A stretch of 64,000 nucleotides of DNA from Spirochaetia bacterium (GCA_965203515.1 OZ241907.1:3136001-3200000), one strand, 5' to 3'. Shown: positions 42,432 to 53,711, numbered from the stretch's first letter. Translations and numbers: made by a program. The notes: generated by a model not told the origin, from the sequence alone.

Positions 42432-45068
42432 ATGAAGCAGGCAGGGTTCACCGGCTACCGGCGGCCGCACGAGACGCGCCCCGGCGTTCGCATCGCGGAG
42501 ATCGCCTCGAAGTCGATCATCACCATCGGCGGCATCGGCGTGATCGCCGCGGTGTTCCTGGTGTTCGTGTTTCTGGCCTCGGTGGCGCTGCCGCTGACAG
42601 GTCGCGCGCGGCTTTCGCCGTCGGTTTCCCAGCGAGGCGACGGCGGCGCCGCCACCGCGAACGCGGGCGCCGCGATCGACCGGTTCCTGCTGGTCGACGA
42701 ATACCGCGTCGCCGCCGCGGAGCTGATCGACGGCGGGCGGGCGCTGCGCCATTTCCGCATCGACGCCGGTGTTCCCGGCATGCCGCTGGGATCGCTGCCG
42801 CTGTTCGGCGAACCGCCGACCACGCTGACCTACTCGCAGGACGACGGGTGGTTTGCGGCGGGCTTCGCCGACGGCACGATCCGGCTCGGCCGGGCGGCGT
42901 TCGAAACGGAGTTCCTGGAGGACGCTGACGTGCCGGCCGCCCTGCGCAGCCTTGCGGAAGGCGAGGTGGGCGTGCTCGACGGCGCGACCGTACAGCGCAC
43001 GCCGATCGGCCAGCTCCGCGTCCAGCGGCTGACCGCTCGGATCGAAGCGCCGGTGGCGAGCGGTCACGCCGGAGCGGTGCTGCTGATCGATCAGACGGTG
43101 CGCTCGGTCGGGCCGGTGATCGCCATGGTGACCGACGACGGGGTGCTGCGGGTCAGCGCCGTGACGCGCCGGCGCAACATCCTCACCGGCCGCGTGACCT
43201 CGTCGGTGCGGGGCGGGAGCATCGCGATTCCCGGTTTCGACCGGGCCGTCGAGCTCGCCCGAGTGTTGGTCAGCGGCAACGCCGACGCGGTCTACGTGCT
43301 GTGGCGGGACGGGGCGTTCGTGCGCTTCGACACCCGCGATCTCGGCCGGCCGGCGGTGGCCGAGCGCGGCGATCTGGTGCGTGACGACGCGGCGCGGCTC
43401 ACCGCGGCGCGATTCCTGCTGGGCCGCGATACGCTGCTGGCCGGCGACAGCCGCGGGCGCGTCGGCACCTGGTTCCGCGTGCGCGACGCGGACGCCGCCA
43501 CCGGCGACGGGTTGTCGTTGACCGGCGTCCATACCTTCGACGGCCCGGCGGCCGTCACCAGCATCGGCAGTTCGGCGCGCAAGCGCATGATCGTCGTCGG
43601 CTACGAGGACGGCAGCGTGCGCGCCTTCTACGTCACCAGCGATGCCTTTCTGGCAGAGGCGCGGCCCTTCGCCGGGGTGCCGATCGCCGCGGTCGCACTC
43701 AGCCCGCGCGACGACGCGATCGCCGCGGTGACCGATCGGGGATTCGCGCTGCTGTCACTGGACAGCCCGCATCCGGAGGCTACCCTGGGATCGGTCTTCG
43801 CAAAGGTATGGTACGAGGGCAACGCCGCCCCCGCGCACGTGTGGCAGTCATCGAGCGCCACCGACACGTTCGAGCCGAAGTACGGGCTGATCCCGCTGAT
43901 ATTCGGCACGCTCAAGGCGACCATCTATTCGATGCTGTTCGGCGTGCCGATCGCGATGCTGGCGGCCGTCTATACCAGCGAGTTTCTCCATAACAGGCTG
44001 CGCGCGCGCATCAAGCCGGTGATCGAGATGATGGCCAGCCTGCCGAGCGTGGTGCTCGGATTCCTGGCCGGTCTGGTGTTCGCGCCGATCGCCGAGCGGG
44101 CGGTGCCGATGATCCTGGTCGCCTTCCTTACCGTCCCGCTCACCTGTCTGGCAGGCGGCTACCTGTTTCAGCTTCTTCCCGACCGCACGGCGATCATCCT
44201 TGCGCGGTACCGGATGCTGTTCGTGCTGGGGGGAGCGCTGCCGGCGGGCCTGTCGTTGGCGCGGATCGCCGGGCCGGCGGTCGAGCGCGCGCTGTTCGCG
44301 GGCGATATCAAGCTGTGGCTGGATGGGCAGATCGGTTCCGGCGCCGGCGGCTGGGCTGTGCTGCTGCTGCCGATCAGCGGATTGGCGACGGTGTGGTTCC
44401 TGTCCCGCTGGCTGGCTCCCCGGCTGCGCCCGGTCTACCGACGGCTGCCCGCCCGCCAGGCGGCGCTGCTGGAGATCGTCAAGCTCGCCGCCGGGCTGGC
44501 GGTCGCGGGCGGCGGCGCGCTGCTGGCCGGTCATCTGCTGCAGGCGCTCGGTCTCGACTCGCGCGGTTCGTTCCCGGTCATCGGTCCGGTGCTCGGCACC
44601 TACGTGCAGCGCAACTCGCTGGTGGTGGGGTTCGTGATGGGCTTTGCCATCATCCCGATCATCTACACGATCGCCGACGACGCGCTGAAGAGCGTGCCGG
44701 AGCACCTGCGCTCGGCGTCGCTGGCCGCCGGGGCGACCCCGTGGCAGACCGCGGTCCGCGTCATCGTACCGACCGCCATGAGCGGGCTCTTTTCCGCCGT
44801 CATGATCGGGCTGGGCCGCGCCGTGGGAGAGACGATGATCGTGCTGATGGCGGCGGGCAATACGCCGATCCTGGAGATGAACCTGTTCAACGGCTTCCGA
44901 ACCCTGGCGGCGAACATCGCCGTCGAGCTGCCGGAAGCGGTCATCGGCAGCACCCATTATCGCATCCTGTTTCTGGCGGCGCTGACGCTGTTCATGATGA
45001 CGTTCGTCGTCAACACGATCGCGGAGTCGGTGCGGCAGCGGTTCCGCCGCCGGGCGTTCGAGCTGTGA
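42432..45068 (+). CDS. pstC: Phosphate ABC permease PstC, long form with a large beta-rich soluble domain
   Basis: PLIFGTLKA, KPVIEMMASLPSVVLG, GATPWQT, GRAVGETM. Confidence 0.9.
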   Translation: MKQAGFTGYRRPHETRPGVRIAEIASKSIITIGGIGVIAAVFLVFVFLASVALPLTGRARLSPSVSQRGDGGAATANAGAAIDRFLLVDEYRVAAAELIDGGRALRHFRIDAGVPGMPLGSLPLFGEPPTTLTYSQDDGWFAAGFADGTIRLGRAAFETEFLEDADVPAALRSLAEGEVGVLDGATVQRTPIGQLRVQRLTARIEAPVASGHAGAVLLIDQTVRSVGPVIAMVTDDGVLRVSAVTRRRNILTGRVTSSVRGGSIAIPGFDRAVELARVLVSGNADAVYVLWRDGAFVRFDTRDLGRPAVAERGDLVRDDAARLTAARFLLGRDTLLAGDSRGRVGTWFRVRDADAATGDGLSLTGVHTFDGPAAVTSIGSSARKRMIVVGYEDGSVRAFYVTSDAFLAEARPFAGVPIAAVALSPRDDAIAAVTDRGFALLSLDSPHPEATLGSVFAKVWYEGNAAPAHVWQSSSATDTFEPKYGLIPLIFGTLKATIYSMLFGVPIAMLAAVYTSEFLHNRLRARIKPVIEMMASLPSVVLGFLAGLVFAPIAERAVPMILVAFLTVPLTCLAGGYLFQLLPDRTAIILARYRMLFVLGGALPAGLSLARIAGPAVERALFAGDIKLWLDGQIGSGAGGWAVLLLPISGLATVWFLSRWLAPRLRPVYRRLPARQAALLEIVKLAAGLAVAGGGALLAGHLLQALGLDSRGSFPVIGPVLGTYVQRNSLVVGFVMGFAIIPIIYTIADDALKSVPEHLRSASLAAGATPWQTAVRVIVPTAMSGLFSAVMIGLGRAVGETMIVLMAAGNTPILEMNLFNGFRTLAANIAVELPEAVIGSTHYRILFLAALTLFMMTFVVNTIAESVRQRFRRRAFEL

Positions 45069-46858
45069 GCGCGCCGATCGCCCCCGTCGCCGGGCCGGGG
45101 ACGGCGCGGTCCCGCGCCGCGCGCCGCCGGCGGCGCGGCACGTCGCTGGTCGTCCAGGGGCAGCCGCTGATGTGGCTGACCGCCGGCGCGTTGGTGATCG
45201 CGCTGGTCATGACGTTGGGCTTGCTGGTGCTGATCGTGGCGCGCGGGCTCGGCACGTTCTGGCCGGCGCCGCTGGCGCGGTTCGAGACCGTCGACGGATC
45301 GACCTACCTGGGCGAGGTGACCCGGAGCGACCGTTACCGGCCGGCGGCGAACGCGGTCGAATCCCTGCCCGCCGCCGCGCAGGAGTCGGCTCGGCGCCTG
45401 CTGGACCGGCAGCGCGGCTGGTCGACGCGGTGGCTGGTCAGGACCGGCAACTTCGACGTGACCGGCGCGCACTTCACCTGGGTGGCGGACTATGCGCTGG
45501 CCGAGCGCACCTCCCCCGCATGGGCGGTGATCTTCGAGCGGCTCACCTGGGGACGGTTCTACGGTGAGCCGGCGGCGTTCCTGATCGACGGCACGGCGAC
45601 CGCCACCGGGCCGGAGGCCGCCTGGCGGGAGTTCGAACGGCATCACCCGACCGTCGAACGGTGGCGAAGCGAGCGCCGGAAGCTGGAGCGGCGCGACGTC
45701 GGACACGTGAACCATCGCCTGGAACGGGCGCGGCTCCGCGTGCGCGAGGCGGAGCTGCTGCTCGACGACGCGCGAGCCGAAGGATCGGCGGAGCGGATCG
45801 AGGCCGCCGCGACGGCGCTCGCCTCGCAGCGGGAGCGGAGCGCCGCGGTCGAGGCCGAAGCGGCCGCGGAGTACGCCGAGATACGCGCCCGGATCGACGA
45901 GCTGCACCGATCGAGCGACCGCTACCGGTTGTCTATGCGGCTCGCAGACGGCGCCGAGGCGCTGGTGCCGATCGGGCAGATCGTGCGCGGCTACCCGGCC
46001 AACCAGCTCGGCCTGCCGCGCAAGCTCGGTATCTATCTGTCCCGGTGGTGGGAGTTTCTGACCGCCGACCCGCGTGAGGCCAACAGCGAAGGCGGCGTCT
46101 TCCCGGCGATCTTCGGCACGGTGGTGATGACGCTGCTGATGTCGCTGGCGGTCGTCCCGTTCGGGGTGGTCGCGGCGCTCTACCTGCGCGAGTACGCCAA
46201 GGCCGGACGCCTGGTGTCGACCGTCCGGATCGCGATCAACAACCTGGCCGGCGTGCCGAGCATCGTCTTCGGCGTGTTCGGGCTCGGCTTCTTCAGCTAC
46301 CTGATCGGCGGCGGCATCGACGAGCTGTTCTTTCGCGCCAAGCTGCCCAGCCCCACCTTCGGAACGGGAGGCATCCTGTGGGCATCCCTTACCCTGGCGC
46401 TGCTGACCCTGCCGGTGGTGATCGTGGCGACCGAGGAGGCGCTGGCCGCCGTGCCCGGGTCGATGCGGGAAGGCTCCTATGCGTGCGGGGCGAGCAAGTG
46501 GCAGACGATCAAGCGGATCGTCATGCCGCGCGCCATGCCGGGCATCATGACCGGCATGATCCTGGCGATGGCGCGCGGCGCCGGCGAGGTGGCTCCGCTG
46601 ATGCTGGTCGGCGCGGTGAAGCTGGCGCCCGAGCTGCCGATCGACCGGTACTTCCCGTTCGTGCACCTGGAGCGCAGCTTCATGCACCTCGGCTTCCACA
46701 TCTTCGACGTCGGCTTTCAGAGTCAGAACAGCGAAGCGGCCATCCCCATGGTGTTCACCGCGACGCTGCTGCTGATCCTGATCGTCGTGCTGCTGAACGT
46801 GACGGCGATCCGGCTGCGCAGCCGGCTGCACCGCCGCTTCGCGGAGAGCCAGTTCTAG
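45065..46858 (+). CDS. pstA: Phosphate ABC permease PstA, long form with a coiled-coil insert
   Basis: [49 protein letters not shown] overlap with pstC. Confidence 0.92.
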   Translation: MSAPIAPVAGPGTARSRAARRRRRGTSLVVQGQPLMWLTAGALVIALVMTLGLLVLIVARGLGTFWPAPLARFETVDGSTYLGEVTRSDRYRPAANAVESLPAAAQESARRLLDRQRGWSTRWLVRTGNFDVTGAHFTWVADYALAERTSPAWAVIFERLTWGRFYGEPAAFLIDGTATATGPEAAWREFERHHPTVERWRSERRKLERRDVGHVNHRLERARLRVREAELLLDDARAEGSAERIEAAATALASQRERSAAVEAEAAAEYAEIRARIDELHRSSDRYRLSMRLADGAEALVPIGQIVRGYPANQLGLPRKLGIYLSRWWEFLTADPREANSEGGVFPAIFGTVVMTLLMSLAVVPFGVVAALYLREYAKAGRLVSTVRIAINNLAGVPSIVFGVFGLGFFSYLIGGGIDELFFRAKLPSPTFGTGGILWASLTLALLTLPVVIVATEEALAAVPGSMREGSYACGASKWQTIKRIVMPRAMPGIMTGMILAMARGAGEVAPLMLVGAVKLAPELPIDRYFPFVHLERSFMHLGFHIFDVGFQSQNSEAAIPMVFTATLLLILIVVLLNVTAIRLRSRLHRRFAESQF

Positions 46859-46881
46859 CAGGTTCAGGAGGGTCTCTTCGG

Positions 46882-47832
46882 ATGGATGCAACCCGGGAAC
46901 GTAGCGCCCCCCTTCGGATCGGCGCGGACGGCCACCATACGCCGCCCGTCGAGGTCGCTTCCCAGACGGACGGACGCCTGCGAGCCGGCGCGCATGCGCC
47001 CGCGCGCGAGAACCCGCTGGAGCGCATAGCCGCCGGCGGCCTGGTCAAGACCGCCGTACATCCGCGCACGCGCGAGCTGGAGTGCGTGCTGGAGGTCGAC
47101 GGCTTCAACCTGTGGTACGGGGACGCGCAGGCGTTGTTCGACGTGTCGATGGACGTCCCGTTCGGGCAGGTGACGGCGCTCATCGGCCCGTCCGGCTGCG
47201 GCAAGTCGACGCTGCTGCGATCGGTCAACCGGCTCAACGACCTGGTCGAAACCGTGCGGATCGAGGGCGACATGCGCCTGTCGGGCGACTCGATCTACGC
47301 GCCGGGGACCGACGTGATCGAGCTGCGCAAGCGCATGGGCATGGTGGCGCAGAAGCCCAATCCGTTCCCGATGAGCGTCTACGAGAACGTGGTCTACCCG
47401 CTGCGGATCGACGGCGAGCGGGACAAGCAGGTGCTCGATTCGGTATGCCACCGCGCCCTGCAGGGCGCGGCGCTCTGGGATGAGGTAAAGGACCGGCTGC
47501 ACGAGAGCGCCCTGGGACTGTCGGGCGGCCAACAGCAACGGCTGTGCATCGCGCGCGCGGTTGCCGCCGAGCCGGAGGTGCTGCTGATGGACGAGCCGGC
47601 CAGCGCGCTGGATCCGATCGCCACCAGCAAGATCGAGGATCTGATCCATGAGCTGAAGGGCAGCTACACGATCCTGATCGTGACGCACAACATGCAGCAA
47701 GCGTCACGGGTCAGCGACGTCACCGCGTTCATGTACCTGGGTCGGCTCATCGAGTTCGCGCCGACGGAGGAGATGTTCGTAAAGCCGCAGTTGCAGGAGA
47801 CGGAGGACTACATAAGCGGCCGGTTCGGATGA
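46882..47832 (+). CDS. pstB: Phosphate ABC transporter ATPase
   Basis: [52 protein letters not shown]. Confidence 0.96.
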   Translation: MDATRERSAPLRIGADGHHTPPVEVASQTDGRLRAGAHAPARENPLERIAAGGLVKTAVHPRTRELECVLEVDGFNLWYGDAQALFDVSMDVPFGQVTALIGPSGCGKSTLLRSVNRLNDLVETVRIEGDMRLSGDSIYAPGTDVIELRKRMGMVAQKPNPFPMSVYENVVYPLRIDGERDKQVLDSVCHRALQGAALWDEVKDRLHESALGLSGGQQQRLCIARAVAAEPEVLLMDEPASALDPIATSKIEDLIHELKGSYTILIVTHNMQQASRVSDVTAFMYLGRLIEFAPTEEMFVKPQLQETEDYISGRFG

Positions 47833-47856
47833 GCCGGTCGGAGGAGGAGTTGGAAC

Positions 47857-48378
47857 ATGGGATTTCGTAGAGCGTATGCGCGCGTGCCGGCGGCGGTCGT
47901 GATCCTGGCCGCGGCCGGAGCGTCGATCGTCGGTTGCGCGACGACGGATACCGCCCGAGCACCGCTGGCGCTCGACCGGTACGCCAAGCCGGGGTTCGCG
48001 GTGCTGGAGGAGGACGGTCGGCTCTGGGTATTCCGCGAGGGATCGGACGACCTTGCGATGTTTCGGGAAGTCGGCGAGCCCGCCAGGCAGGTGGCGCGGC
48101 CTCTGGCGGCGCCGGGCGGGGTGACCGTCAGGTCGACCGACAGCGACACGATCGACGAGTACCTCACCACGTTGCCGGATTTCTACACGCAGATGGACGA
48201 TGGACGGCTGTGGGTGTTCCGCGCCGGCAGCGCGGAGCTCGAGGAGTTCCTGCAGACCGGCGAGCCCGCCAAGCAGGTGGTGCGACCTCTGGCCGGCCCG
48301 TTCGGGCTGACGATCAAGGCCGTCGACACGGCGGTGATCGACGAGTATCTGGCGGCCTGGGAGGCCGCGGCGCAGTAG
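47857..48378 (+). CDS. Uncharacterised lipoprotein with two ~58-aa internal repeats
   Basis: SD GGAGGAG, lipobox IVGC, 2x DGRLWVFR.GS..L..F...GEPA.QV.RPLA.P.G.T....D...IDEYL. Confidence 0.8.
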   Translation: MGFRRAYARVPAAVVILAAAGASIVGCATTDTARAPLALDRYAKPGFAVLEEDGRLWVFREGSDDLAMFREVGEPARQVARPLAAPGGVTVRSTDSDTIDEYLTTLPDFYTQMDDGRLWVFRAGSAELEEFLQTGEPAKQVVRPLAGPFGLTIKAVDTAVIDEYLAAWEAAAQ

Positions 48379-48465
48379 CGCCGGACGCCGGGCGTCCGGT
48401 GTCCGATGATCGGGGTTGGACCGCGGCCGGCGCCGCAGCCGGCCGGCCGCCCCCGGGGGGAAGCC

Positions 48466-49134
48466 GTGAGTGAGCCGCAACCGCTCCGTCACCAGTTCGA
48501 GCGTGAGATCGGGGAACTGGAGCAGCGCCTGCTGGGCCTGTCCCAGTCGGTCGAGTCGGCGCTGACCCAGGCGACCAAGGCGCTGCTGGTCCAGAACGAG
48601 GAGCTGGCCGAGCACGTCATAGTCGGCGAGAACGAGGTCAACACCGCCGCCTGGGAGATCGAGGACTACGTCAACACGCTGGTGGCGCGCGAGCAACCGG
48701 TCGCCACCGATCTGCGCTTCATCATCACCACCCTGCACGTGGTGATCGCGCTGGAGCGGATCGGGGACCTGGCGGTGCACGTCGCCCGGGTGGCGCAGAA
48801 GCTCTCCTCGGAGACCTACGTCAAACCGCTGATCTCGATGAACTCGATGGCGGACCGCGCCGCGCAGATGGTGCGCGAGTCCGTGCACGCGTACGTGAGC
48901 CGTGACGAGCAGGCCGCCCACGACGTCGCCGCCGGCGACGATCTGATCGACAACACCTACTCGCAACTCTTTCGCGAGCTGCTCACCTACATGATGGAGT
49001 CGCCGAAGACGATCGCGCAGGCGCAGACGCTGCTGTTCGTGGCCAAGCAGTTCGAGCGGGTCGGCGACCACGCCACCAACATCTGCGAAGCGGCCGTCTA
49101 CGTGGCGACCGGACGGCGCGTCGAGCTGAACTGA
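48466..49134 (+). CDS. phoU: Phosphate signalling protein PhoU
   Basis: QPVATDLR, LERIGDLA, DDLID, ERVGDHATNICE. Confidence 0.95.
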   Translation: MSEPQPLRHQFEREIGELEQRLLGLSQSVESALTQATKALLVQNEELAEHVIVGENEVNTAAWEIEDYVNTLVAREQPVATDLRFIITTLHVVIALERIGDLAVHVARVAQKLSSETYVKPLISMNSMADRAAQMVRESVHAYVSRDEQAAHDVAAGDDLIDNTYSQLFRELLTYMMESPKTIAQAQTLLFVAKQFERVGDHATNICEAAVYVATGRRVELN

Positions 49135-49157
49135 ACGTCGGGTCGAACCGATGCGCG

Positions 49158-51299
49158 TCAGCGCTCGGGACGCGACCGCCGGGCGATCAGCCTTCCGGCC
49201 GGCTCACCGAGCTCGGTGCGGGCGCGCCGCCCGGCGGCCTCGTACATCGCCCGCTGGCTGCGATGGAACGGCTCGTCCGCCGAAGAGCGCCGCACCCGCG
49301 CATACGTTCCGTCGCTCCGCAGGCGGTAGGCGTTGGTGTTGTCGGCGAAGGCGGATTCCAGTATCTCCAGCACGCGGCGCTTCAGCCGCGGGTCCTCGAT
49401 CGGCGCCATGAGCTCGACCCGGCGGCTGAGATTGCGCGGCATCCAGTCGGCGCTCGACAAGTAGCACTCGTCGGCGCCGCCGGCGCGCACGTAGAGGAGC
49501 CGCGCGTGCTCCAGGTAGCGGTCGATGACCGACACCACCATGATGTTGCGGCTCATGCCGCGCCGATCCGGGATCAGCAGACATTCGCCGCGGACGTTCA
49601 GCCGAATGGTGACCCCGGCCCGCGATGCCGAGTAGAGCGCGTCGATCACGTCGCGATCGGTGAGCTGATTCAGCTTGGCCATGATCAGCGGCCGTTCGTT
49701 CGGCTGACGGGCGGCCTCGCGTTCGATCATCGCCAACAGACGCTGCTTGAGGGCGGTGGGCGCCATCGCCAGCCGGCGCAGGTTCGGCACCGTGGAGTAG
49801 CCGGTGATGGCGTTGAAGAACATGCCGGCCTCCATGGCCAGCTCGTCGTCGGCGGTCAGCAGCCCGACGTCGGTGTACAGCCGGGCGGTGTCGTCCCGGT
49901 AGTTGCCGGTTCCCAGATGGACGTAGCGCCGGATGCGGCCCGATTCGCGGCGGACGATGAGCAGCGCCTTGGCGTGCACTTTGTGCCAGGCGATCCCGTA
50001 CACCACGATCGCGCCCTGCCGCTCCAGCAGCGCGGCGCGCTCCAGGTTGCGCTCCTCGTCGAAGCGCGCCTTTACCTCGACCAGGACCGTCACCTGCTTG
50101 CCGGCTTCCGCCGCCCGGCCGAGCGCGTCGACGATCGGCGACTCCCGCGATACGCGGTACAGGGTCATCTTGAGGGCCAGCACCGCCGGGTCTTCGGCGG
50201 CGCGTTCGAGCAGATCGACGACCGCGTCGAAGGTCTCGTAGGGGTGGTGCAGCAGGCGGTCCCGGGTCTGAATCACGCTCCAGATCGACTCGGCGCCGTC
50301 CAGCCAGGTCGGACGGACCGGCTCCCACGGCTCGAACCGGAGCCGGTCGAGCCCCGGCATGTCGACCAGGCTCGACCAGCCGGCCAGATCCAGCGGGCCG
50401 TCGCACCGGTAGATATCGACCGGATCGACCGATAGCTCGGCGGCCAGCACCCGGCACAGCTCGCAGTCGGCGTCGCTGGTCTCCAGACGCACCGCCACCC
50501 CGCCGCGGCGCGCCGAGATCACCTCTTCCATCGCCTCCACGAAGTCGTCGTCGCGCAGCTCGTCGACCTCGGCATCGCCGGAGCGGGTGACGCGAAACAC
50601 GATCCGGTCCAGGATGGTGAAGCCGGGAAAGAACAGGTCGGCGTTGGCCGCGACCAAGTCCTCCAGCAGCGCGAAGGCGATGCCCGCGCCCTCCTGTGGT
50701 ACCGGGACCAGCCGGTCGACCGAGCCCGGCAGCGGCACCACGGCGACGATCGGCCCGTCGCCCGCCGCGGACGCGGAACGCGCCTGATCGTCGGCCGGTT
50801 CCAGCAGGAAGCCGACGTGCAGTCGCAGACTCGGCAGCGGCACGCTCTCTTCGGGCGTGATGCGGACCGGCGTAAGGGCCGGATATATCTGATTGGTGAA
50901 GTGGTCGCGGAGCTGCTCCATGGTGCCGAGCGGATAGGCGTCGCGGTCCAGCAGCCGCACCCCGGCGTCGGCCAGCAGCGGCAGCACGCGCGTGCGCAGA
51001 CAGTCGGCCTGCGCGCGCACGATCTGCTCGACGCGCCGGCGAACCTCGGCAAGGCGGTTCGCCGTTCCCGCGCGCCGCAGCGCCGGCACCCGCACCATGA
51101 AGAACTCGTCCAGGTTGGTGCCGACGATTCCCAGGAAGCGCAGGCGCTCCAGCAGCGGGACGGCGGTCGTCTCGGCCCGGTCCAGCACCCGGCGGTTGAA
51201 CGCCAGCCAACTCAGCGCACCGTCGAGATACCGCGCCGGCGGTGGCGCGTTGGCCGGTCGAGGGCGTGCGCCGCCTGCGGATATGGCTGCGGCGCTCAC
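49158..51299 (-). CDS. ppk1: Polyphosphate kinase 1
   Basis: LSWLAFN.RVL, NLDEFFMVRV, LHHPYE, KARFDEERN, KVHAK, HLGTGNY, SADWMPRNL.RRVE. Confidence 0.96.
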   Translation of the reverse strand: MSAAAISAGGARPRPANAPPPARYLDGALSWLAFNRRVLDRAETTAVPLLERLRFLGIVGTNLDEFFMVRVPALRRAGTANRLAEVRRRVEQIVRAQADCLRTRVLPLLADAGVRLLDRDAYPLGTMEQLRDHFTNQIYPALTPVRITPEESVPLPSLRLHVGFLLEPADDQARSASAAGDGPIVAVVPLPGSVDRLVPVPQEGAGIAFALLEDLVAANADLFFPGFTILDRIVFRVTRSGDAEVDELRDDDFVEAMEEVISARRGGVAVRLETSDADCELCRVLAAELSVDPVDIYRCDGPLDLAGWSSLVDMPGLDRLRFEPWEPVRPTWLDGAESIWSVIQTRDRLLHHPYETFDAVVDLLERAAEDPAVLALKMTLYRVSRESPIVDALGRAAEAGKQVTVLVEVKARFDEERNLERAALLERQGAIVVYGIAWHKVHAKALLIVRRESGRIRRYVHLGTGNYRDDTARLYTDVGLLTADDELAMEAGMFFNAITGYSTVPNLRRLAMAPTALKQRLLAMIEREAARQPNERPLIMAKLNQLTDRDVIDALYSASRAGVTIRLNVRGECLLIPDRRGMSRNIMVVSVIDRYLEHARLLYVRAGGADECYLSSADWMPRNLSRRVELMAPIEDPRLKRRVLEILESAFADNTNAYRLRSDGTYARVRRSSADEPFHRSQRAMYEAAGRRARTELGEPAGRLIARRSRPER

Positions 51300-52273
51300 G
51301 GCAGCAATTCCTCCGCCAGCGATTCCTGCGCGAGTGCCGCGGCGCCGCGCACGACCGCTTCGTCGCCGAGCGTCGCGGCGACCACTTCGACCCCTTCGGC
51401 CAGCGCCGGCAGCGCGTGACGCCGCATGGAAGCGGCGGCGCGCTCGATCAACCAGTCGCCGAGCTTCTCCACCAATCCGCCGCCTATCACCACCATCTCC
51501 GGATTGAGCAGGTTGACGCAGTTGGCGATGCCGATGCCCAGCCGCTCCGCCGCGCGCTCCAGCAGCGCGATGCCGGCCGGCTCACCGGCGGCCAGCACGC
51601 GGGCGATCGCCTTGCTGCGCACGGACCGCACGTCGGTTCCCGCCTTGGCCGCCACCGACGGCACGCGCCCGATCGCCGCCTGCGCGATCAGGTCGCGGGC
51701 GATGGCGCTACGGCTTGCCAGCGCCTCCAGGCAGCCGTACTGGCCGCAGCCGCACATCGGCCCGTCGAGCTGCATGATCATGTGGCCGATCTCGCCCGCG
51801 TTGCCCCGTGCGCCGCGGTACAGGCGGCCGTCCAGCACCAGCCCGCCGCCGATGCCGGTGCCGGGAAACACGCCGATCACGTGCCGGCGGCCGCGCGCCG
51901 CGCCGTAGCGGTGCTCCCCGTAGGTGCCGGCGCTGACGTCATTCTCGACCATGACCGGGACGCCGAACGCATCCTGCAGGCGATCGCGGATCGGGAAGTC
52001 GGACACGCCCAGATTCGGCGGCGCCACCAGGGTGCCGCTCCGCGCATCGATCGGCCCCGGCGCGCCGACGCCGATCGCCGCCGGCGCCGACCGCTCGACC
52101 TTGGCGGCTGCCAGCGCGGCTTCGACGGTGCCCGCCAGGTCCGCCGCCAGGCCGCCGGCTCCGGCGGTGGGCCTGGTCGACCGCTTGGACGATCCCAGCG
52201 CCTGTCCGCCGCGATACACGGTGGCGAGCATTTTCGAGCCGCCCAGATCGACGCCCACTACCAGCGCATCCAT
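51296..52273 (-). CDS. ROK family sugar kinase (glucokinase-like)
   Basis: GVDLGGSK, VENDV, GTGIGGG, GEIGH, CGCGQYGCLE; GTGA overlap with ppk1. Confidence 0.9.
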   Translation of the reverse strand: MDALVVGVDLGGSKMLATVYRGGQALGSSKRSTRPTAGAGGLAADLAGTVEAALAAAKVERSAPAAIGVGAPGPIDARSGTLVAPPNLGVSDFPIRDRLQDAFGVPVMVENDVSAGTYGEHRYGAARGRRHVIGVFPGTGIGGGLVLDGRLYRGARGNAGEIGHMIMQLDGPMCGCGQYGCLEALASRSAIARDLIAQAAIGRVPSVAAKAGTDVRSVRSKAIARVLAAGEPAGIALLERAAERLGIGIANCVNLLNPEMVVIGGGLVEKLGDWLIERAAASMRRHALPALAEGVEVVAATLGDEAVVRGAAALAQESLAEELLP

Positions 52274-53442
52274 CTACCTTCGCCGATGCCTCCTCGACCG
52301 TAGTCTGTTCCATGCGGCGCGCGCCCGGTGCACGTCCCGATCGGAGAATCCGCATCCGTCCTTGAGCAGCGCGCGGTCGCCGTGATCCAGCGCCCCATCG
52401 AGGTCGCCGGCCCGTAGGCGCCGGTCGATGTACTCGACGTCGAGGCCTGCCGAGAACCGATACGGGACCAGCAGCCGTTCCGCTTCCCGCGGCTCCAGTT
52501 CCAGCACGCCGCCGCCGTAGCTCCGCCCGCACACCTCGGCCCAGGCGAAGGTGAGCGAGTTCACCTTCGACGCGCAGAGCATGTCCACGTCCACCCCCGC
52601 GGCGACCCGCACGCGGTGGATCGTATCGGTCGACGTCGCACGCGCGTGATTCTCCGCCAGCAATGGCGCATGGTGAATCTGACGGAACAGGAACGCATCC
52701 GGCACGTACACCGACGGCACGTCGAACCAGCGGTTGCGTATACGGCACTTGTAGCCGCGGTCGACGCCCTGCTCCTCACCCGAGCGGACGTACGCGTCGA
52801 GAGCGGTCGAGAACGATGACCGCGGCTGCCCGTTCAGATCGACCAGCTTCGATCGGTGTTCCGTGCCGTAACGCCGCAAGTCGTCCGCAGTGAACCGAAT
52901 CGACTTGAGAGCGGCGGTCCGGCCGACCACGTCGACCGCGCGGCCATCCAGGCCCAGCCGCTGCGCCGTGCCTTCCGTAACGACGAAGAAGCTGTTGCGG
53001 CCGGTCACGATGCCGACGTCCACGTCCGCCAATTCGCCCATGCGGTCGAGCGCCCGCTTGCGGCGTCGCTCAGGGCGCGAAACTCGTCGTCTTCGAGAAA
53101 GAGTGACGTCCACTTCATGTGGGCGTGCGTATGCCGCTCCGGCACGTGCGAAACGAGGCCGGACGTTCGCGCTATCGACAACAACGCTGCGCCGTCGACG
53201 ACCTGCCGGGTGTACAGTCGGCCGTACGTCTGCGCGTTCCGGTTGCGGCCATCGCCGAGCAGCAGCAGCACCTCCTGCTGGATGTCCGGGAATATCAGCC
53301 GGTCGAAGGCGATGACGAATACGGCGTCGAAGAGCCGGGGCAGCGTGTAGTACCCACCTCGCACCTTGGTAGCCGTCGGAACCGTCTTGTTGGTTCCGAA
53401 CTCCGCGAATCCGAAGGTACGTTGCTCGACAGCACTCGCCAT
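52274..53442 (-). pseudogene. Degraded N6-adenine DNA methyltransferase (Eco57I-like C-terminus) with internal deletion and frameshift
   Basis: KVRGGYYT is joined directly to post-catalytic LIFPDIQQEVLLLL with no motif I or NPPY. Frameshift near 53055, then VGIVTGRNSFF, YKCRIRNRWF, TDTIHRV, GRSYGGGVLELEP. Confidence 0.75.
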
Positions 53443-53711
53443 ATCTTCGCTGCCGTGCCGGATACCGCCCCACTCCATGAGCTTGTCCGGTTCCACGCGT
53501 ATCCGGGGCATCTCTCGAAGCTCAGCCACGATCCTCCTCAGCTTGCCGGTCGAGTGCATGCATCATACAGGATCAGCGCTTTCCGGGCGGCGCCGCTTCA
53601 AGGCGACCGGTCGGGTCGTGGCGTGGCCCGACCGTAGCGCTCTCCGTTAGCGATCCAGGTTCACCCGGCGCGCGGTTTGCAGGACCGGTGTGGCCCGCGT
53701 ACCGTAGCGCC

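Noticed and set aside
51296..52273. Calling the ROK gene ppgK (polyphosphate glucokinase)
   Set aside because: It has the CxCGxxGCLE zinc motif of ordinary ROK kinases; gene context alone is insufficient
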